A stretch of DNA of 64,000 bases, taken from the NCBI GenBank assembly GCA_963546395.1, contig CAUUMS010000004.1, positions 73,635 to 137,634 on the forward strand, in the 5' to 3' direction. The notes under the pieces were generated by a model. It had not been told where the DNA came from. It saw only the letters and a program-made list of their open reading frames with translations, and made no database searches. The position numbers and the translations under genes were made by a program. The first letter of the stretch is position 1, and the number at the start of each line of letters is the position of its first letter. Positions 29,027 through 39,061 of this stretch are shown here, piece after piece. Source of the DNA: an uncultured Bacteroidia bacterium. GTDB lineage: Bacteria; Bacteroidota; Bacteroidia; Bacteroidales; CAJPTX01.

Positions 29027-30809
29027 AGGCCCCATCACCGCCTGCATTAACCCCACGCGTACTCCCCCTGAGGGCAGTGGCAGGGCAAGGGCTTTGCTCC
29101 CCCGTGGGGTATGGAGGCTCGGGGTAAATCCCATCCCCAGCAGGGGTTACCATCGTACGTGGTTGCACAGGAGTAAAAGTGCTATCGAGCAGGCTCCGGC
29201 TGCGATCCATACCCCCGTAGCGCACCCGCACCAAATCGAGCAGCGTGTGGAACGTGCACGTCGTCTGGATGGGCAATCCCTTGTGGCTAGCTAGTATGGA
29301 ATCCTGGCGGGGGAAGGCAGCCCGGTACTCAGGCGAGAGCCACACCAGGAAAGGCACGTGAGCCGTGTAATGGCTCGGCCTCGCATTGCAGTGCAAGATC
29401 TCCTGGTTGGCATCGTCGTACAGATTCTCCCCATGGTCGGCCACGTAGAGGAGAAATGCTGGCCGGTGCGTACGCTCCAGAATGCCGATGAGCGAATCGA
29501 GCATCATGTCCGTGTATGCGATGGTATTATCGAACGAATTCACAAACACCTCACGCCGAGACGGATCTGGCAGCTGATTGAACCCTTCTACGCTCCGCGA
29601 CAGCTCGGGCTTAAACTGGGCAAACGATTCGGGGTACCGCTCGGTATACTGAAAGTGTCCTCCATAGGGGTGGAGCACAAGGAATCCCGGGCCCTGCACC
29701 GTATCGACAAACTGCTTGGCGTGCGGCAATAGCACCCCGTCATAGGGTGTACGCTTGGGGAATCGAGCGTCGATTTGCAGCGTGCTCGTGCAGGCTCTCA
29801 TGGCGAGCGAGCTCCACAGCTCGTAGGTCTGCAACGTCACCCACTGTTGCACCAGCCCCGCACGGTTGAGCACCTCGGTGAGGAACGGCTCCTGCATCCA
29901 CCGCGCCTCATCGGCTGGCGTGCTCGTTGACACCAGCATCGGGGCCGCAACCACCGTGCAGTTCGACGGGCTATAGGCATCCGGGAAGAAATACACATCC
30001 CCCCGCTTCGATAGGCGTGGATTCGTGGGCCTCTCGTAGCCCGCTAGCTGCCAGTTGCACGCACGGGATGTCTCACCAATGACAAGCACCCCCAGCACCG
30101 GAACCGTATCAAGATGCTCCACACCCTCAATGGGCATACTTGCGCGCTGCGCTAGAATCTGCTGCGTGCTAGCCTGCTGCGACTGAAAGCGCATGGTATA
30201 CAGGGCAGTCTTCAGCGTGGGAACCCCGCCCACAACTATGCGCAGCACCTCCTTGTACTGACGAATACCGCCCTCCAGCTTCCCCTCACCAGGCGCAAAA
30301 CGGATGGCCACAAGGGGAGCGCACACGCCGCAAGCCCCGAGAATGAGGAGCCAGCGGATGCGCCGACGAAACAGGTAAAACCGAGCCGGAAAGCAACGGA
30401 ACGAGAGCACGAAATAGGCAACGAGGGCCAGCACGTAGAGCAGGGCTGGGAGCCAGTACACCTGAATCTGCCCTGCGGCAGCCCCCCACCCCGTGGTGCG
30501 CATAGAGCTGTACAACGTGTACGTAAGCGGCTCGCCGATGGAGAGCCAGCTCGCAAGCTCAAACAGGCACAGCAACCACGTGACCCCACCCAGCACCATC
30601 CACCAGCGCACGGGCAAAACGACGGCCGGCACCATCAGCAGCACAAGCCCCACCACGCACTGGGTGGCCACAATGCCCCACGGCACGGCCTGATGCGCCA
30701 TGGAATTAATCAGCAGGAACGTGGGGACGAGATTAATCGCAATCAGCACCACCAGGAGCAACCACTGCCCCCACGTGGCGTGCTGCTGCGCACTCCGATT
30801 TCTACTCAT
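29010..30809 (-). CDS. Phosphoethanolamine transferase, EptA/sulfatase family (paralogue 1)
   Basis: Polytopic N-terminal membrane region followed by an alkaline-phosphatase-fold domain. LVIGETSRACNW matches the GETxRA nucleophile-Thr motif of EptA/LptA/MCR. YVADHGENL is the metal-binding motif. The 3' end overlaps dtd convergently by 17 nt. Confidence 0.75.
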   Translation of the reverse strand: MSRNRSAQQHATWGQWLLLVVLIAINLVPTFLLINSMAHQAVPWGIVATQCVVGLVLLMVPAVVLPVRWWMVLGGVTWLLCLFELASWLSIGEPLTYTLYSSMRTTGWGAAAGQIQVYWLPALLYVLALVAYFVLSFRCFPARFYLFRRRIRWLLILGACGVCAPLVAIRFAPGEGKLEGGIRQYKEVLRIVVGGVPTLKTALYTMRFQSQQASTQQILAQRASMPIEGVEHLDTVPVLGVLVIGETSRACNWQLAGYERPTNPRLSKRGDVYFFPDAYSPSNCTVVAAPMLVSTSTPADEARWMQEPFLTEVLNRAGLVQQWVTLQTYELWSSLAMRACTSTLQIDARFPKRTPYDGVLLPHAKQFVDTVQGPGFLVLHPYGGHFQYTERYPESFAQFKPELSRSVEGFNQLPDPSRREVFVNSFDNTIAYTDMMLDSLIGILERTHRPAFLLYVADHGENLYDDANQEILHCNARPSHYTAHVPFLVWLSPEYRAAFPRQDSILASHKGLPIQTTCTFHTLLDLVRVRYGGMDRSRSLLDSTFTPVQPRTMVTPAGDGIYPEPPYPTGEQSPCPATALRGSTRGVNAGGDGASTDPR

Positions 30810-30841
30810 GTGTGCAACCTCAACGCTGTGTGGGTAAAACG

Positions 30842-32692
30842 CTAGGAACCCGAGCCCTCGTCATTGTCAATCTGGCAACCGTAATACCCGCTGACAACCA
30901 GGGACAAGCTGTCGCGCAGCCGCTGCTCATTCTTCGGGTACCCCGGCTCGGGATGAAGACTCCCATCGGGATTGAGCATCATGCGTGGACGCATGGGGGC
31001 AAACGTGCTGTCAATCAGGCTACGACCTGGATCCATGCCCCTGTATCGCACCCCGGCCAGGTCGAGCACCGTGTGGTAGGTGCACGTCGTCTGGATGGGC
31101 AAATACCGATGGCTATTCAAGATGGAATCCTGGCGAGGGAAAGCGGCTCGATACTCGGGCGAGAGCCACACCAGGTAAGGTACATGCGCCTCGTAGTGCG
31201 TGGGTTTCGCGCTGGCGTGCAACAGACCCACGTCGGACGCATCGAACAGATTCTCCCCGTGATCGGCCACGTAGAGCATGAAGGCCGGTCGCCCCAGACC
31301 CGCAAGATACGACACGATCGAGTCAAGCACCATATCGGTATAAACGATGGTGTTATCGAACGAATTGACCAGCAGATCACGGTGCTCCGGGTTGAGCTGC
31401 ATGTACTCAGAGGCCGAACGCCCCAGCTCGGGGGTAAAGGTGCTGTAGGACGGCGTGTAACGGTCGATATAGTTGAAATGCCCACCGTAGGTGTGCACCA
31501 CGAGCATCGTGTTCCCCTTCGATGATGTCAGGAAGTTGCGCACAAATGGCAACAACTTCTCATCCAGCGGCACGGGGTTCGGGAAGCTGTAGTCTAGCAC
31601 GTGCGTGTAGTCGCATGGTGCCATGGAGAGCACGGCCCATGGATTCTGCGTGCTCTGCAAGGTGATCCACCCCGTGCGGAAACCTGCCTGGCTGAAGACC
31701 TCCGTCAAGAAGGGTTGCCGCATCCACGCATCCTTATCCTGCGGCGTGGCCGGTGACACCAGCATCGGGGCCGACAGTATGGTGTAATTGGCACCGCTGT
31801 AGGCATCGGAGAAAAAGTAGAGCCCCTCGCGCTGAGACAGGCGTGGATTCGTGGCACGCTCGTAGCCCGCCAGCTGCCAGTTGCACGCGCGGGACGTCTC
31901 GCCAATCACCAGTACCCCCACCACTGGGACAGTGTCACTGGTGCGAATCAGCCCTTCCACCTGGGGCATCCCCCGCTGCGCCAGCACCCGCTTTGTGCTA
32001 GCCTGCGCCTTCTGGTAGGCCACGGTGTGCCGCAGCACATCGAATGGGTAGGTTCCGTTAATGAGCCCCTTGAGGGCGGAATGGTACTGGCGTTCGATGA
32101 AGAACTTCCAATCGCACTTCTCCTCCGAACCACGGGCAATGAGCAGCGGCAGGCAAGCCATCACCACGAGCAGCACGGGCAATGCGGCTACACGGAATCG
32201 CACCGACAAGCGCACCCCCCGGGGGGCAAAGCGGAACAGGAGCACGAAGTAGAGCAGCAGGGCCACCACATAGCCCACGGTGGGCACTAGGTAGGCCCTG
32301 AGCTGTCCCAGCGACTCCCCTAGCGTGGTGGCACGGATAGAGCTGTAGATGGCGTAGTTCAGCGGCTCGCCGATAGAGAACCAGCTCGTGAGCTCGATGG
32401 GCAAAAGCAGCAGCAGCAACCCCTCAAGGAAGAGCCAGCCCCGCAACGGGAGCACCAGCAACGGCACCAACAGGAGCACGAGCACCATGCCCAGCTGCGC
32501 CACCGCGTAGCCCAACCCCAGCGCTGCCAGATGCCGCACTAGAAGCATGTTGGGCAACAGGACGAACAGCAACATCAGGCACGTCACCACAAGGCCGACA
32601 GGCGACATCCCCCGCCGATGGTGTCTTCGCCTCACCCGTTTGGCCGATGCGTTCCGGCACTGATTACGATTTCCCAGGCCTGTGCACCCCAT
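30842..32692 (-). CDS. Phosphoethanolamine transferase, EptA/sulfatase family (paralogue 2, tandem duplicate)
   Basis: Same architecture and motifs as paralogue 1 (LVIGETSRACNWQLAGYERATNPRL, YVADHGENLFD, VWLSPEYRAAFPRQDSIL identical to paralogue 1). An alternative start is the ATG at 32608 (MSPVGLVV...). Confidence 0.75.
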   Translation of the reverse strand: MGCTGLGNRNQCRNASAKRVRRRHHRRGMSPVGLVVTCLMLLFVLLPNMLLVRHLAALGLGYAVAQLGMVLVLLLVPLLVLPLRGWLFLEGLLLLLLPIELTSWFSIGEPLNYAIYSSIRATTLGESLGQLRAYLVPTVGYVVALLLYFVLLFRFAPRGVRLSVRFRVAALPVLLVVMACLPLLIARGSEEKCDWKFFIERQYHSALKGLINGTYPFDVLRHTVAYQKAQASTKRVLAQRGMPQVEGLIRTSDTVPVVGVLVIGETSRACNWQLAGYERATNPRLSQREGLYFFSDAYSGANYTILSAPMLVSPATPQDKDAWMRQPFLTEVFSQAGFRTGWITLQSTQNPWAVLSMAPCDYTHVLDYSFPNPVPLDEKLLPFVRNFLTSSKGNTMLVVHTYGGHFNYIDRYTPSYSTFTPELGRSASEYMQLNPEHRDLLVNSFDNTIVYTDMVLDSIVSYLAGLGRPAFMLYVADHGENLFDASDVGLLHASAKPTHYEAHVPYLVWLSPEYRAAFPRQDSILNSHRYLPIQTTCTYHTVLDLAGVRYRGMDPGRSLIDSTFAPMRPRMMLNPDGSLHPEPGYPKNEQRLRDSLSLVVSGYYGCQIDNDEGSGS

Positions 32693-32877
32693 GCTCTACC
32701 AATTTGCTAGCTAATAGAATTCAAATACCCCGAGCAGCCCAGCTCTCATGCACGTTTCGCCCATAGGGACGCACATCACGCCGCAGGCATGCGGACGCTC
32801 TGAAGGCTGGCTCCCGGCACTATACAAACAATAAGTCTCGGCAAATATTATAGTTCTCAGCATTTACCTCGCAAGCC

Positions 32878-35502
32878 CTATAGCCCGAGCTGATTGCGCA
32901 GAGCGGCAATCTTTGCCTCTGCATCTGATAATTTTTTACGCTCAGACTCTATTACGGTTTCGGGCGCGCTGGCCAAAAAACGCTCATTCTGCAATTTCTT
33001 GAGCACAATAGCCTTGAAGCCCTCCATGTACTCCAAGTCCTTCTGAATGCGTCGCCGCTCCTCATCCGCATCCACCATGCCGGTAAGAGGCACGAAATAC
33101 TCACAGTTGCCCACAAGGAATGTGGTAGCATCAGCCCCTGGCGCATCGCACAGCTCCACCGCATCAATGTGTGCCAGATGGCACACGAGCTCAGTGCCCT
33201 CGGGTGACAGCTGCATCTTACCACGATAGAGCAAGCGCAGCGGCTCGCGCATACCGATACCCTTCGACTGCCTGATGGCCCGCACATTGGACACCACAGA
33301 CTTCAGCTCCTCATACTCTGCCAAGAGCTCGGCAGACGGCTCGCCCCCTTTGGGCCAAGCCTCAACCATCAGGCTCTTACCCGCGCGCTCATCCCCACCC
33401 AAGTGGTGCCACAGCTCCTCGGTGATGAACGGCATGAATGGGTGCAAGGTCGCCAGCAAGGCCTCAAACAGCGTCTGCACCCTGCTGTAGATCTGGCCCG
33501 ACATCGCCTCGCCGCGGGCAGGCTTCACCATCTCCAGGGCCCAGGCCGAGAAGTCGTCCCAGAACAGCCGGTAAAGCTCCATCAGGGCCTCCGAAATCCG
33601 GTACTGCTCAAACATGCGATCCACCTCGGCCAGCACCTTCATCATGCGAGCCTCGAAGAGATCCAATGCCCTCACGTGTCGTGCCTCGGGCTTGCGCTGC
33701 TCGTCCACCGTCCACCCCTTCACCAGGCGGAGAGCATTCCAGATCTTGTTGCAGAAATTGCGCCCCTGCTCCAGGAGCGTCTCATCAAACAGCAAATCGT
33801 TCCCCGCGCTGGAGCACAGCAACATGCCCATGCGCACCCCGTCGGCCCCGTACTTCTCCATCAGGGAGATAGGATCAGGGCTATTGCCGAGCGACTTGCT
33901 CATCTTCCTACGCTGCTGATCGCGCACGATGCCCGTGAGGTAGACATGGCGGAATGGCGGCGTGTGGCGATACTCGCAACCGGCCATCACCATGCGTGCC
34001 ACCCAGAAGAAGATGATCTCCGGTGCCGTGACGAGTGCGCTGGTAGGATAGTAGTAGTTGATCTCGGGGTTATCCGGATGGCGGATGCCGTCGAAGACCG
34101 AGATGGGCCAGAGCCACGAGCTAAACCACGTGTCGAGAACGTCCTCATCCTGGCGCAATGCGCTGAGGGGCAATGCATCGTCCCCCATCAGCTTACGGGC
34201 CTGGGCGAGTGCCTCGTCTTCCGTCTCAGCCACCACCACCCGCCCGTCGGGCAGATACCAGGCGGGGATGCGATGCCCCCACCAGAGCTGACGCGAGATA
34301 CACCAGTCGTGCACCCCCTCCATCCAGTGGCGATAGGTGCCCACGAAGCGTTGGGGGATCAGCTCCACCTGCCCCTGCAACACCGCATCGAGAGCCGGCT
34401 TTGCCATCTCATCCATCTTGAGGAACCACTGCGTGGAGAGCTTGGGCTCTATCACGGCATCGGTGCGCTCGCTGTGGCCAATGCTGTGGGTGTACTCCTC
34501 TACGTGGTCGAGCAAACCGGCCTGCTCGAGATCGGCCACAATGCGCCGTCGCACCTCGAAACGATCGAGCCCTACGTACATCCCAGCCGCCTCGGAGAGC
34601 GTGCCGTCATCATTGAAGACATCTATCGTAGGCAGGCTGAACCGCTCGCCTATCTTGAAGTCATTGATATCGTGGGCTGGCGTAATCTTGAGGGCACCCG
34701 TGCCGAACTCGAGATCTACGTAGTCGTCCTGAATGATCGGCACCTCACGTCCCACCAGGGGCACCACCACCCGCTGCCCCTTGAGGTGCGCGTAGCGCAT
34801 GTCGTTCGGATTGACGCAGACGGCCGTGTCGCCCATGATGGTCTCAGGGCGCGTGGTGGCCACCAGCAGGTACTCGGAGCTCCCCACCAGCTTATAGCGC
34901 AGGTAGTAGAGATGGCCCTGCTCCTCGCGGTAGATCACCTCCTCATCGCTGAGGGCCGTCTGGGCCTGGGGGTCCCAGTTCACCATGCGCACCCCCTTGT
35001 AGATGAGTCCCTTGCGGTAGAGATCCACAAACACCTTGATGACGCTCTCGGAGCGAGCCTCATCCATGGTGAACGCCGTGCGGGCCCAGTCGCATGAAGC
35101 CCCGAGACGCTTGAGCTGCTCGAGGATAATGCCGCCGTGCTTCTCCTTCCACTCCCACGCATGGGCCAAGAATTCGTCCCGTGTGAGCGTTGACTTGTCG
35201 ATGCCCCGCTTGCGCAGCATCTCCACCACCTTCGCCTCGGTGGCAATGGACGCGTGGTCGGTGCCCGGCACCCAGCAAGCGTTGCGACCCATCATGCGTG
35301 CCCTCCGCACCAGCACGTCCTGCAACGTGTTGTTGAGCATGTGGCCCATGTGGAGCACCCCCGTGACGTTGGGGGGCGGGATCACCACGGTGAATGGCTC
35401 CCGATCATCGGGCTCGGAGTGGAACAAGCCCTGCTCCTGCCAGAATGCGTACCAACGGGATTCGAATGACGACGGGTCGTACTTAGTAGAAAGCTCTTGC
35501 AT
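32878..35502 (-). CDS. valS: Valine--tRNA ligase
   Basis: HIGH region [18 protein letters not shown] region [13 protein letters not shown]-terminal coiled coil. I prefer the ATG at 35502 ([10 protein letters not shown]...); the track start at 35511 is TTG. Confidence 0.97.
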   Translation of the reverse strand: MQELSTKYDPSSFESRWYAFWQEQGLFHSEPDDREPFTVVIPPPNVTGVLHMGHMLNNTLQDVLVRRARMMGRNACWVPGTDHASIATEAKVVEMLRKRGIDKSTLTRDEFLAHAWEWKEKHGGIILEQLKRLGASCDWARTAFTMDEARSESVIKVFVDLYRKGLIYKGVRMVNWDPQAQTALSDEEVIYREEQGHLYYLRYKLVGSSEYLLVATTRPETIMGDTAVCVNPNDMRYAHLKGQRVVVPLVGREVPIIQDDYVDLEFGTGALKITPAHDINDFKIGERFSLPTIDVFNDDGTLSEAAGMYVGLDRFEVRRRIVADLEQAGLLDHVEEYTHSIGHSERTDAVIEPKLSTQWFLKMDEMAKPALDAVLQGQVELIPQRFVGTYRHWMEGVHDWCISRQLWWGHRIPAWYLPDGRVVVAETEDEALAQARKLMGDDALPLSALRQDEDVLDTWFSSWLWPISVFDGIRHPDNPEINYYYPTSALVTAPEIIFFWVARMVMAGCEYRHTPPFRHVYLTGIVRDQQRRKMSKSLGNSPDPISLMEKYGADGVRMGMLLCSSAGNDLLFDETLLEQGRNFCNKIWNALRLVKGWTVDEQRKPEARHVRALDLFEARMMKVLAEVDRMFEQYRISEALMELYRLFWDDFSAWALEMVKPARGEAMSGQIYSRVQTLFEALLATLHPFMPFITEELWHHLGGDERAGKSLMVEAWPKGGEPSAELLAEYEELKSVVSNVRAIRQSKGIGMREPLRLLYRGKMQLSPEGTELVCHLAHIDAVELCDAPGADATTFLVGNCEYFVPLTGMVDADEERRRIQKDLEYMEGFKAIVLKKLQNERFLASAPETVIESERKKLSDAEAKIAALRNQLGL

Positions 35503-35556
35503 ACGGGACAAAATGAACTTTTACGCTGAGGTGAAGCACCCCTCCGGGCCAATGCA

Positions 35557-35564
35557 CAAAGATA
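35557..35564 (-). promoter_or_regulatory. Candidate -7 box (TATCTTTG) for valS
   Basis: TAnnTTTG match in the correct orientation, 55 nt upstream of the valS ATG. Confidence 0.4.
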
Positions 35565-35687
35565 TGCAAAAGTGCACTTTCGCCCGTGGCGCAAGCCCTC
35601 GACATGGTGCCCTCCGCCCCCATTCCCCCGGCGATTGCCACGCGCATGCGCAGCGTAGCTCAACCATGGCAACAAGGGTGCAACGAG

Positions 35688-35744
35688 GTACCAAACCCAT
35701 ATTTTGCCGCTCAAATACGGTTTTGGTACGTCGTTGGTACGATG
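35688..35744. repeat. Recurrent intergenic hairpin element, copy B (diverged)
   Basis: GTACCAAACCCATATTT-tgccgctc-AAATACGGTTTTGGTAC followed by GTCGTTGGTACGATG. It has the same layout as copy A. Two stem positions are changed on both arms (compensatory) and two positions are mismatched. Confidence 0.55.
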
Positions 35745-35944
35745 AGGAGGGGTTGCACGTGCCCCATCGCATGCCCAGAGATTGCCCAGCGAGACGAGGC
35801 CCCTGAGCGCATGGCAGAGCCGCATGCCCAAGAATCTATCATGAGCCCACCATGCGCACGGATGCAGGAGGTCAGTAAAGCCCTCAAGGGGAGGCTACAA
35901 GCCATCTGCACGCACGAGGAGGGGCGGCGGGAAGAGGCGCAGCG

Positions 35945-35976
35945 TTTGCCCATTTACAAAAGGATTAATACCTTTG
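35945..35976 (+). promoter_or_regulatory. Full-consensus Bacteroidota promoter (TTTG-N20-TACCTTTG) for tRNA-Cys
   Basis: -33 TTTG at 35945..35948, 20-nt spacer, -7 TACCTTTG at 35969..35976. It lies 18 nt upstream of the mature tRNA 5' end. Confidence 0.6.
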
Positions 35977-35994
35977 TCGTCGTATACGACCTTG

Positions 35995-36065
35995 GGTATC
36001 GTGGCCGAGTGGTTAGGCAGAGGTCTGCAAAACCTCGTACAGCGGTTCGATTCCGCTCGATACCT
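35995..36065 (+). tRNA. tRNA-Cys (anticodon GCA)
   Basis: GGTATCGTGGCCGAGTGGTTAGGCAGAGGTCTGCAAAACCTCGTACAGCGGTTCGATTCCGCTCGATACCT. The acceptor GGTATCG/CGATACC is perfect. Coordinates were cross-checked against the frame of the overlapping ORF-track entry. Confidence 0.9.
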
Positions 36066-36440
36066 CAACCCGAGCAGCGCAAGTTCTGCACCAGCGAGAG
36101 CAGCTGGGCTCCACCACAGGGCAACAGGGCGCATGAGGGATGTGATTGATGCCTTGGCCCTGCGCATTCAGCCAGGTGCAAATTGAGCTCCACGGATGCT
36201 ACGCCGCTCAGCAGTGGCGACCTCATTGGCTGTAGAGGCCCATCGCCATCGTTGCGCATCAGCCCCTAGCCTTTCAGGCCCGCCAGAGAATGACGGGATG
36301 TGTTTTGCGGGTGGAGGATCGTAGAATTCACCCCCATAGGTCGATAAGAGCCCGTCGGGCAACCGCCAGATCGAGGTGATTTGGTCACGAGGGATGCCCC
36401 GCAGGCGCAAAGCCCCATCCAATTCTACAACGCTGTGAAC

Positions 36441-37316
36441 ATGGCAGGAATCCGACCCATTTTCGCCCTTCTAGCACTGGCGGCCATCCACGCCGCGCTC
36501 ACGTCTTCGCTGCATGCGCAGTCACGGCCCGGACGGGTCATCTACACGCCCGACAAATCGCCAGTACCCTACGCCGCCATTGTGGTCGGGAAGAGTGCCC
36601 CGCTGTACACTGACGACCGGGGGCTGTTTGAGCTGGATGAGAGCACGATGCGTCTGGACAGCATCACCGTGCTAGCCATGGGGTGCCATCCGTTCCGCAT
36701 CTCCATGGCGCAGTGGATGAAGGGGGATGGAACGATCAGCATTCCGAATGAGTTTGCCCCACAGTCCCAGAGCATTAGCGGTGGCGGAGTGGGCAGGAGC
36801 TGGATTGGGAACCTCAAGGAGTACACCCCATGGGAGAATCCCAAGTATGCCGCTCACCTGGGACAGGTGCTAGTGACCCGTATACAGGCCCCCAACGGGC
36901 GCGGCGGAACGCTTCAGCAGCTCGCATTTCGCTTTGTGAGTGGGGGAAAATCGTCATACCCCCTGGTGCAGGTGCGCGTGCGCCTGTTCCGCTACGATGA
37001 AAGCCACAATAGGCCTGGGGCCGAGGTCAACATTGGCAGCATCTTCATTCCCGATGCTAGCGGGAAGTGCCAGGTGGATCTGCGACATCTCAACGTGCCC
37101 TTCCCCGCGGAGGGGCTATGCGCAGGCATAGAGTGGGTGGGTGATCGCACCGAGGTGGGCAATGCAACCCACGTGGAGCCCGTGATTCATATCACGGCAA
37201 AGGCCCACCCGTACACGTGGGAGCTCGATGCTCGGCAGGGGTGGAAGCGCGCAGAGCTAAGTCCGACGGGTGATGCGGCCCGCGGGCTGATAGTGGGAGC
37301 AGAGGTGAACCAGTAA
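36441..37316 (+). CDS. Hypothetical secreted protein (signal peptide; N-terminal CarboxypepD_reg-like beta-sandwich)
   Basis: Start taken at the internal ATG: MAGIRPIFALLALAAIHAALTSSLHAQS. ...GRVIYTPDKSPVPYAAIVVGKSAPLYTDDRGLFELDE resembles carboxypeptidase-regulatory-like domains. I do not recognise the rest. Confidence 0.55.
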   Translation: MAGIRPIFALLALAAIHAALTSSLHAQSRPGRVIYTPDKSPVPYAAIVVGKSAPLYTDDRGLFELDESTMRLDSITVLAMGCHPFRISMAQWMKGDGTISIPNEFAPQSQSISGGGVGRSWIGNLKEYTPWENPKYAAHLGQVLVTRIQAPNGRGGTLQQLAFRFVSGGKSSYPLVQVRVRLFRYDESHNRPGAEVNIGSIFIPDASGKCQVDLRHLNVPFPAEGLCAGIEWVGDRTEVGNATHVEPVIHITAKAHPYTWELDARQGWKRAELSPTGDAARGLIVGAEVNQ

Positions 37317-37537
37317 CGACTCTCCGGCTGAAGATTGGCCCCCGTAGGAGGACGGCCATCGGATAGCATACGGGTCGGATAACTCGGCCGCCCGCATAGG
37401 CACAACAGGAGGGATTACGGGTTACGGATTCGCTTAGGCATGGCCAGCCCTTGAGCCTAAACTGACCCTTTGCGCCAAATGGGCCACCCCGTCCAGATGC
37501 CCCACGTACTGCAATGGGGCGCAACGCAGGCGCGCAG

Positions 37538-38905
37538 CTAGAGCGTTTCCCGGGCCGCTAGATCCCCTATGCTCTCCCCGGAGTCGGCACGCGTAGCGAT
37601 GTACTCGTCGTACAGCTCCTCAATGTGGGAGAGGAGGCTCCCCTTCGCGGCGATGGTTGAGCCAAAGCTGTCGTACTTCTCCAGCACGTAGCCCAGCGTG
37701 AGATGCTCGATGGAGAGTCCCGGTTGGTACGCCTCATCCTGCTCGCTTCCCGAGGCCACGAGGGTTAGCAGATTCATCTCCACCATCCACTGCAACAGAC
37801 GGCGCGTGAGTCGCAGCGGCAACCCATGGCGCACTGCCAGCTCCTCCGATGTGGGGGCTGCGGCTCCTGCCCTGAATCGCCCGACGACGGTGGTCAGCAG
37901 CAATAGGGACAGCTCCTTGGTGCGCTTGCTGCTCAGGTTCAGCGTCTCGTGCTCGTACTCGTACAGATGCACATTCTGCATGGCGTAGCTCAGCTCTGCG
38001 CCCAGCAGGACGATCAGCCAGCTAATCTGCATCCACACCAGGAATAGCGGCACGGCGGCGAAGCTCCCGTAGATGGCGTTGTACTTCGACATGCCAATCT
38101 GGAAGTAGAGGTATCCCCACTGCGTGAGGACGAATCCGGCCCCTGCCACGAGGCCCGCAATGAGGGCTGAGCGAGGACGCACCCGCGTGTTGGGCATGAT
38201 CATGTACAGAATGCCCAGGACGAGCGAGACCAGTATGTAGGGGGCAACGCGCAGCGAGATGAGCACGTAGGGCTTCACTAGGCCCACAAGTTCCACATTG
38301 GCCGCAGCCTTGCGCAGGGTGCTCTGCACGTAGACGTTGGCACTGCTCGCAGCGATGATGAGGAGCGGGGCGATGATCATCATCGAGAGGTAATCGCTGA
38401 ACTTGCGGAACCAGCGTCGCTGCTTGTTGATCTGCCAGATGGCATTGAACGAGAGCTCAATGTGATGCAGCAGTTTCACAGCGGCCCAGAACAGCATGGC
38501 CACACCGATTCCTGCGATGAGGCCGCCCCCGGTGCGATCGAGAAGGGCATTGGAGAACTCCACCAGCTTTGCCGCCAGCTCGGGGTATTCGGCCAGCTTT
38601 TCACGGATCACCGTGTCGAGGCGGTTGTCTAGCCCAAATCCTTTCGCGATGCCGAAGCCGAGGGCCAGCACCGGCACCATGGACATCAGGGCGTAGAATG
38701 TGAGCGCCGAGGCCCGGAGCTGCAAGTTGTTCTCCGTGAAACCGCGGAAGACGAGCAGGACGATACGCAGGAAGCGCACTGCGCCCCGCCGGCGAGAGGG
38801 GAGGGCCACGATGGCCTCACTCCAAATGCCGGTTCGCAGGTAGTGCAGCAGCTCCATGTAGGCCCGCCAGGGGCGCTTCAAGCTCTCCTTAATGCGCTGG
38901 GGCAT
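37538..38905 (-). CDS. YihY/BrkB-family inner-membrane protein with C-terminal cytoplasmic extension
   Basis: LRASALTFYALMSMVPVLALGFGIAKGFG and six predicted TMs are typical of YihY (formerly called 'ribonuclease BN'-like). A ~130-aa C-terminal soluble extension is present. Confidence 0.8.
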   Translation of the reverse strand: MPQRIKESLKRPWRAYMELLHYLRTGIWSEAIVALPSRRRGAVRFLRIVLLVFRGFTENNLQLRASALTFYALMSMVPVLALGFGIAKGFGLDNRLDTVIREKLAEYPELAAKLVEFSNALLDRTGGGLIAGIGVAMLFWAAVKLLHHIELSFNAIWQINKQRRWFRKFSDYLSMMIIAPLLIIAASSANVYVQSTLRKAAANVELVGLVKPYVLISLRVAPYILVSLVLGILYMIMPNTRVRPRSALIAGLVAGAGFVLTQWGYLYFQIGMSKYNAIYGSFAAVPLFLVWMQISWLIVLLGAELSYAMQNVHLYEYEHETLNLSSKRTKELSLLLLTTVVGRFRAGAAAPTSEELAVRHGLPLRLTRRLLQWMVEMNLLTLVASGSEQDEAYQPGLSIEHLTLGYVLEKYDSFGSTIAAKGSLLSHIEELYDEYIATRADSGESIGDLAARETL

Positions 38906-39061
38906 CCTTACCGCTGTGTGCTATGAGATGGCATCCTAAGATGATGCACCCGAGGGGGCATCAATCCGCTGACTTTTCGGGGTAAAGGTACGGGATTTTA
39001 GGCACCTACGCCGATGCGAGGATAACGGGCACTACCCCCAGCGGGTCGATGGGCGGAACAT

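Noticed and set aside
33403-35097. 564-aa plus-strand ORF opposite valS
   Set aside because: Same reasoning: it is a shadow ORF of a highly conserved gene, with a biased R/H/L/P composition.
35586-36149. 187-aa plus-strand ORF across the valS/tRNA-Cys intergenic region
   Set aside because: It reads straight through hairpin element copy B, the tRNA-Cys promoter and the tRNA itself, and its start is GTG. There is no coding signal.
36066-36440. tRNA-Cys 3' flank as an integration site of a genomic island
   Set aside because: There is no integrase, no repeat of the tRNA 3' end and no obvious compositional shift. Only one small unknown gene follows.
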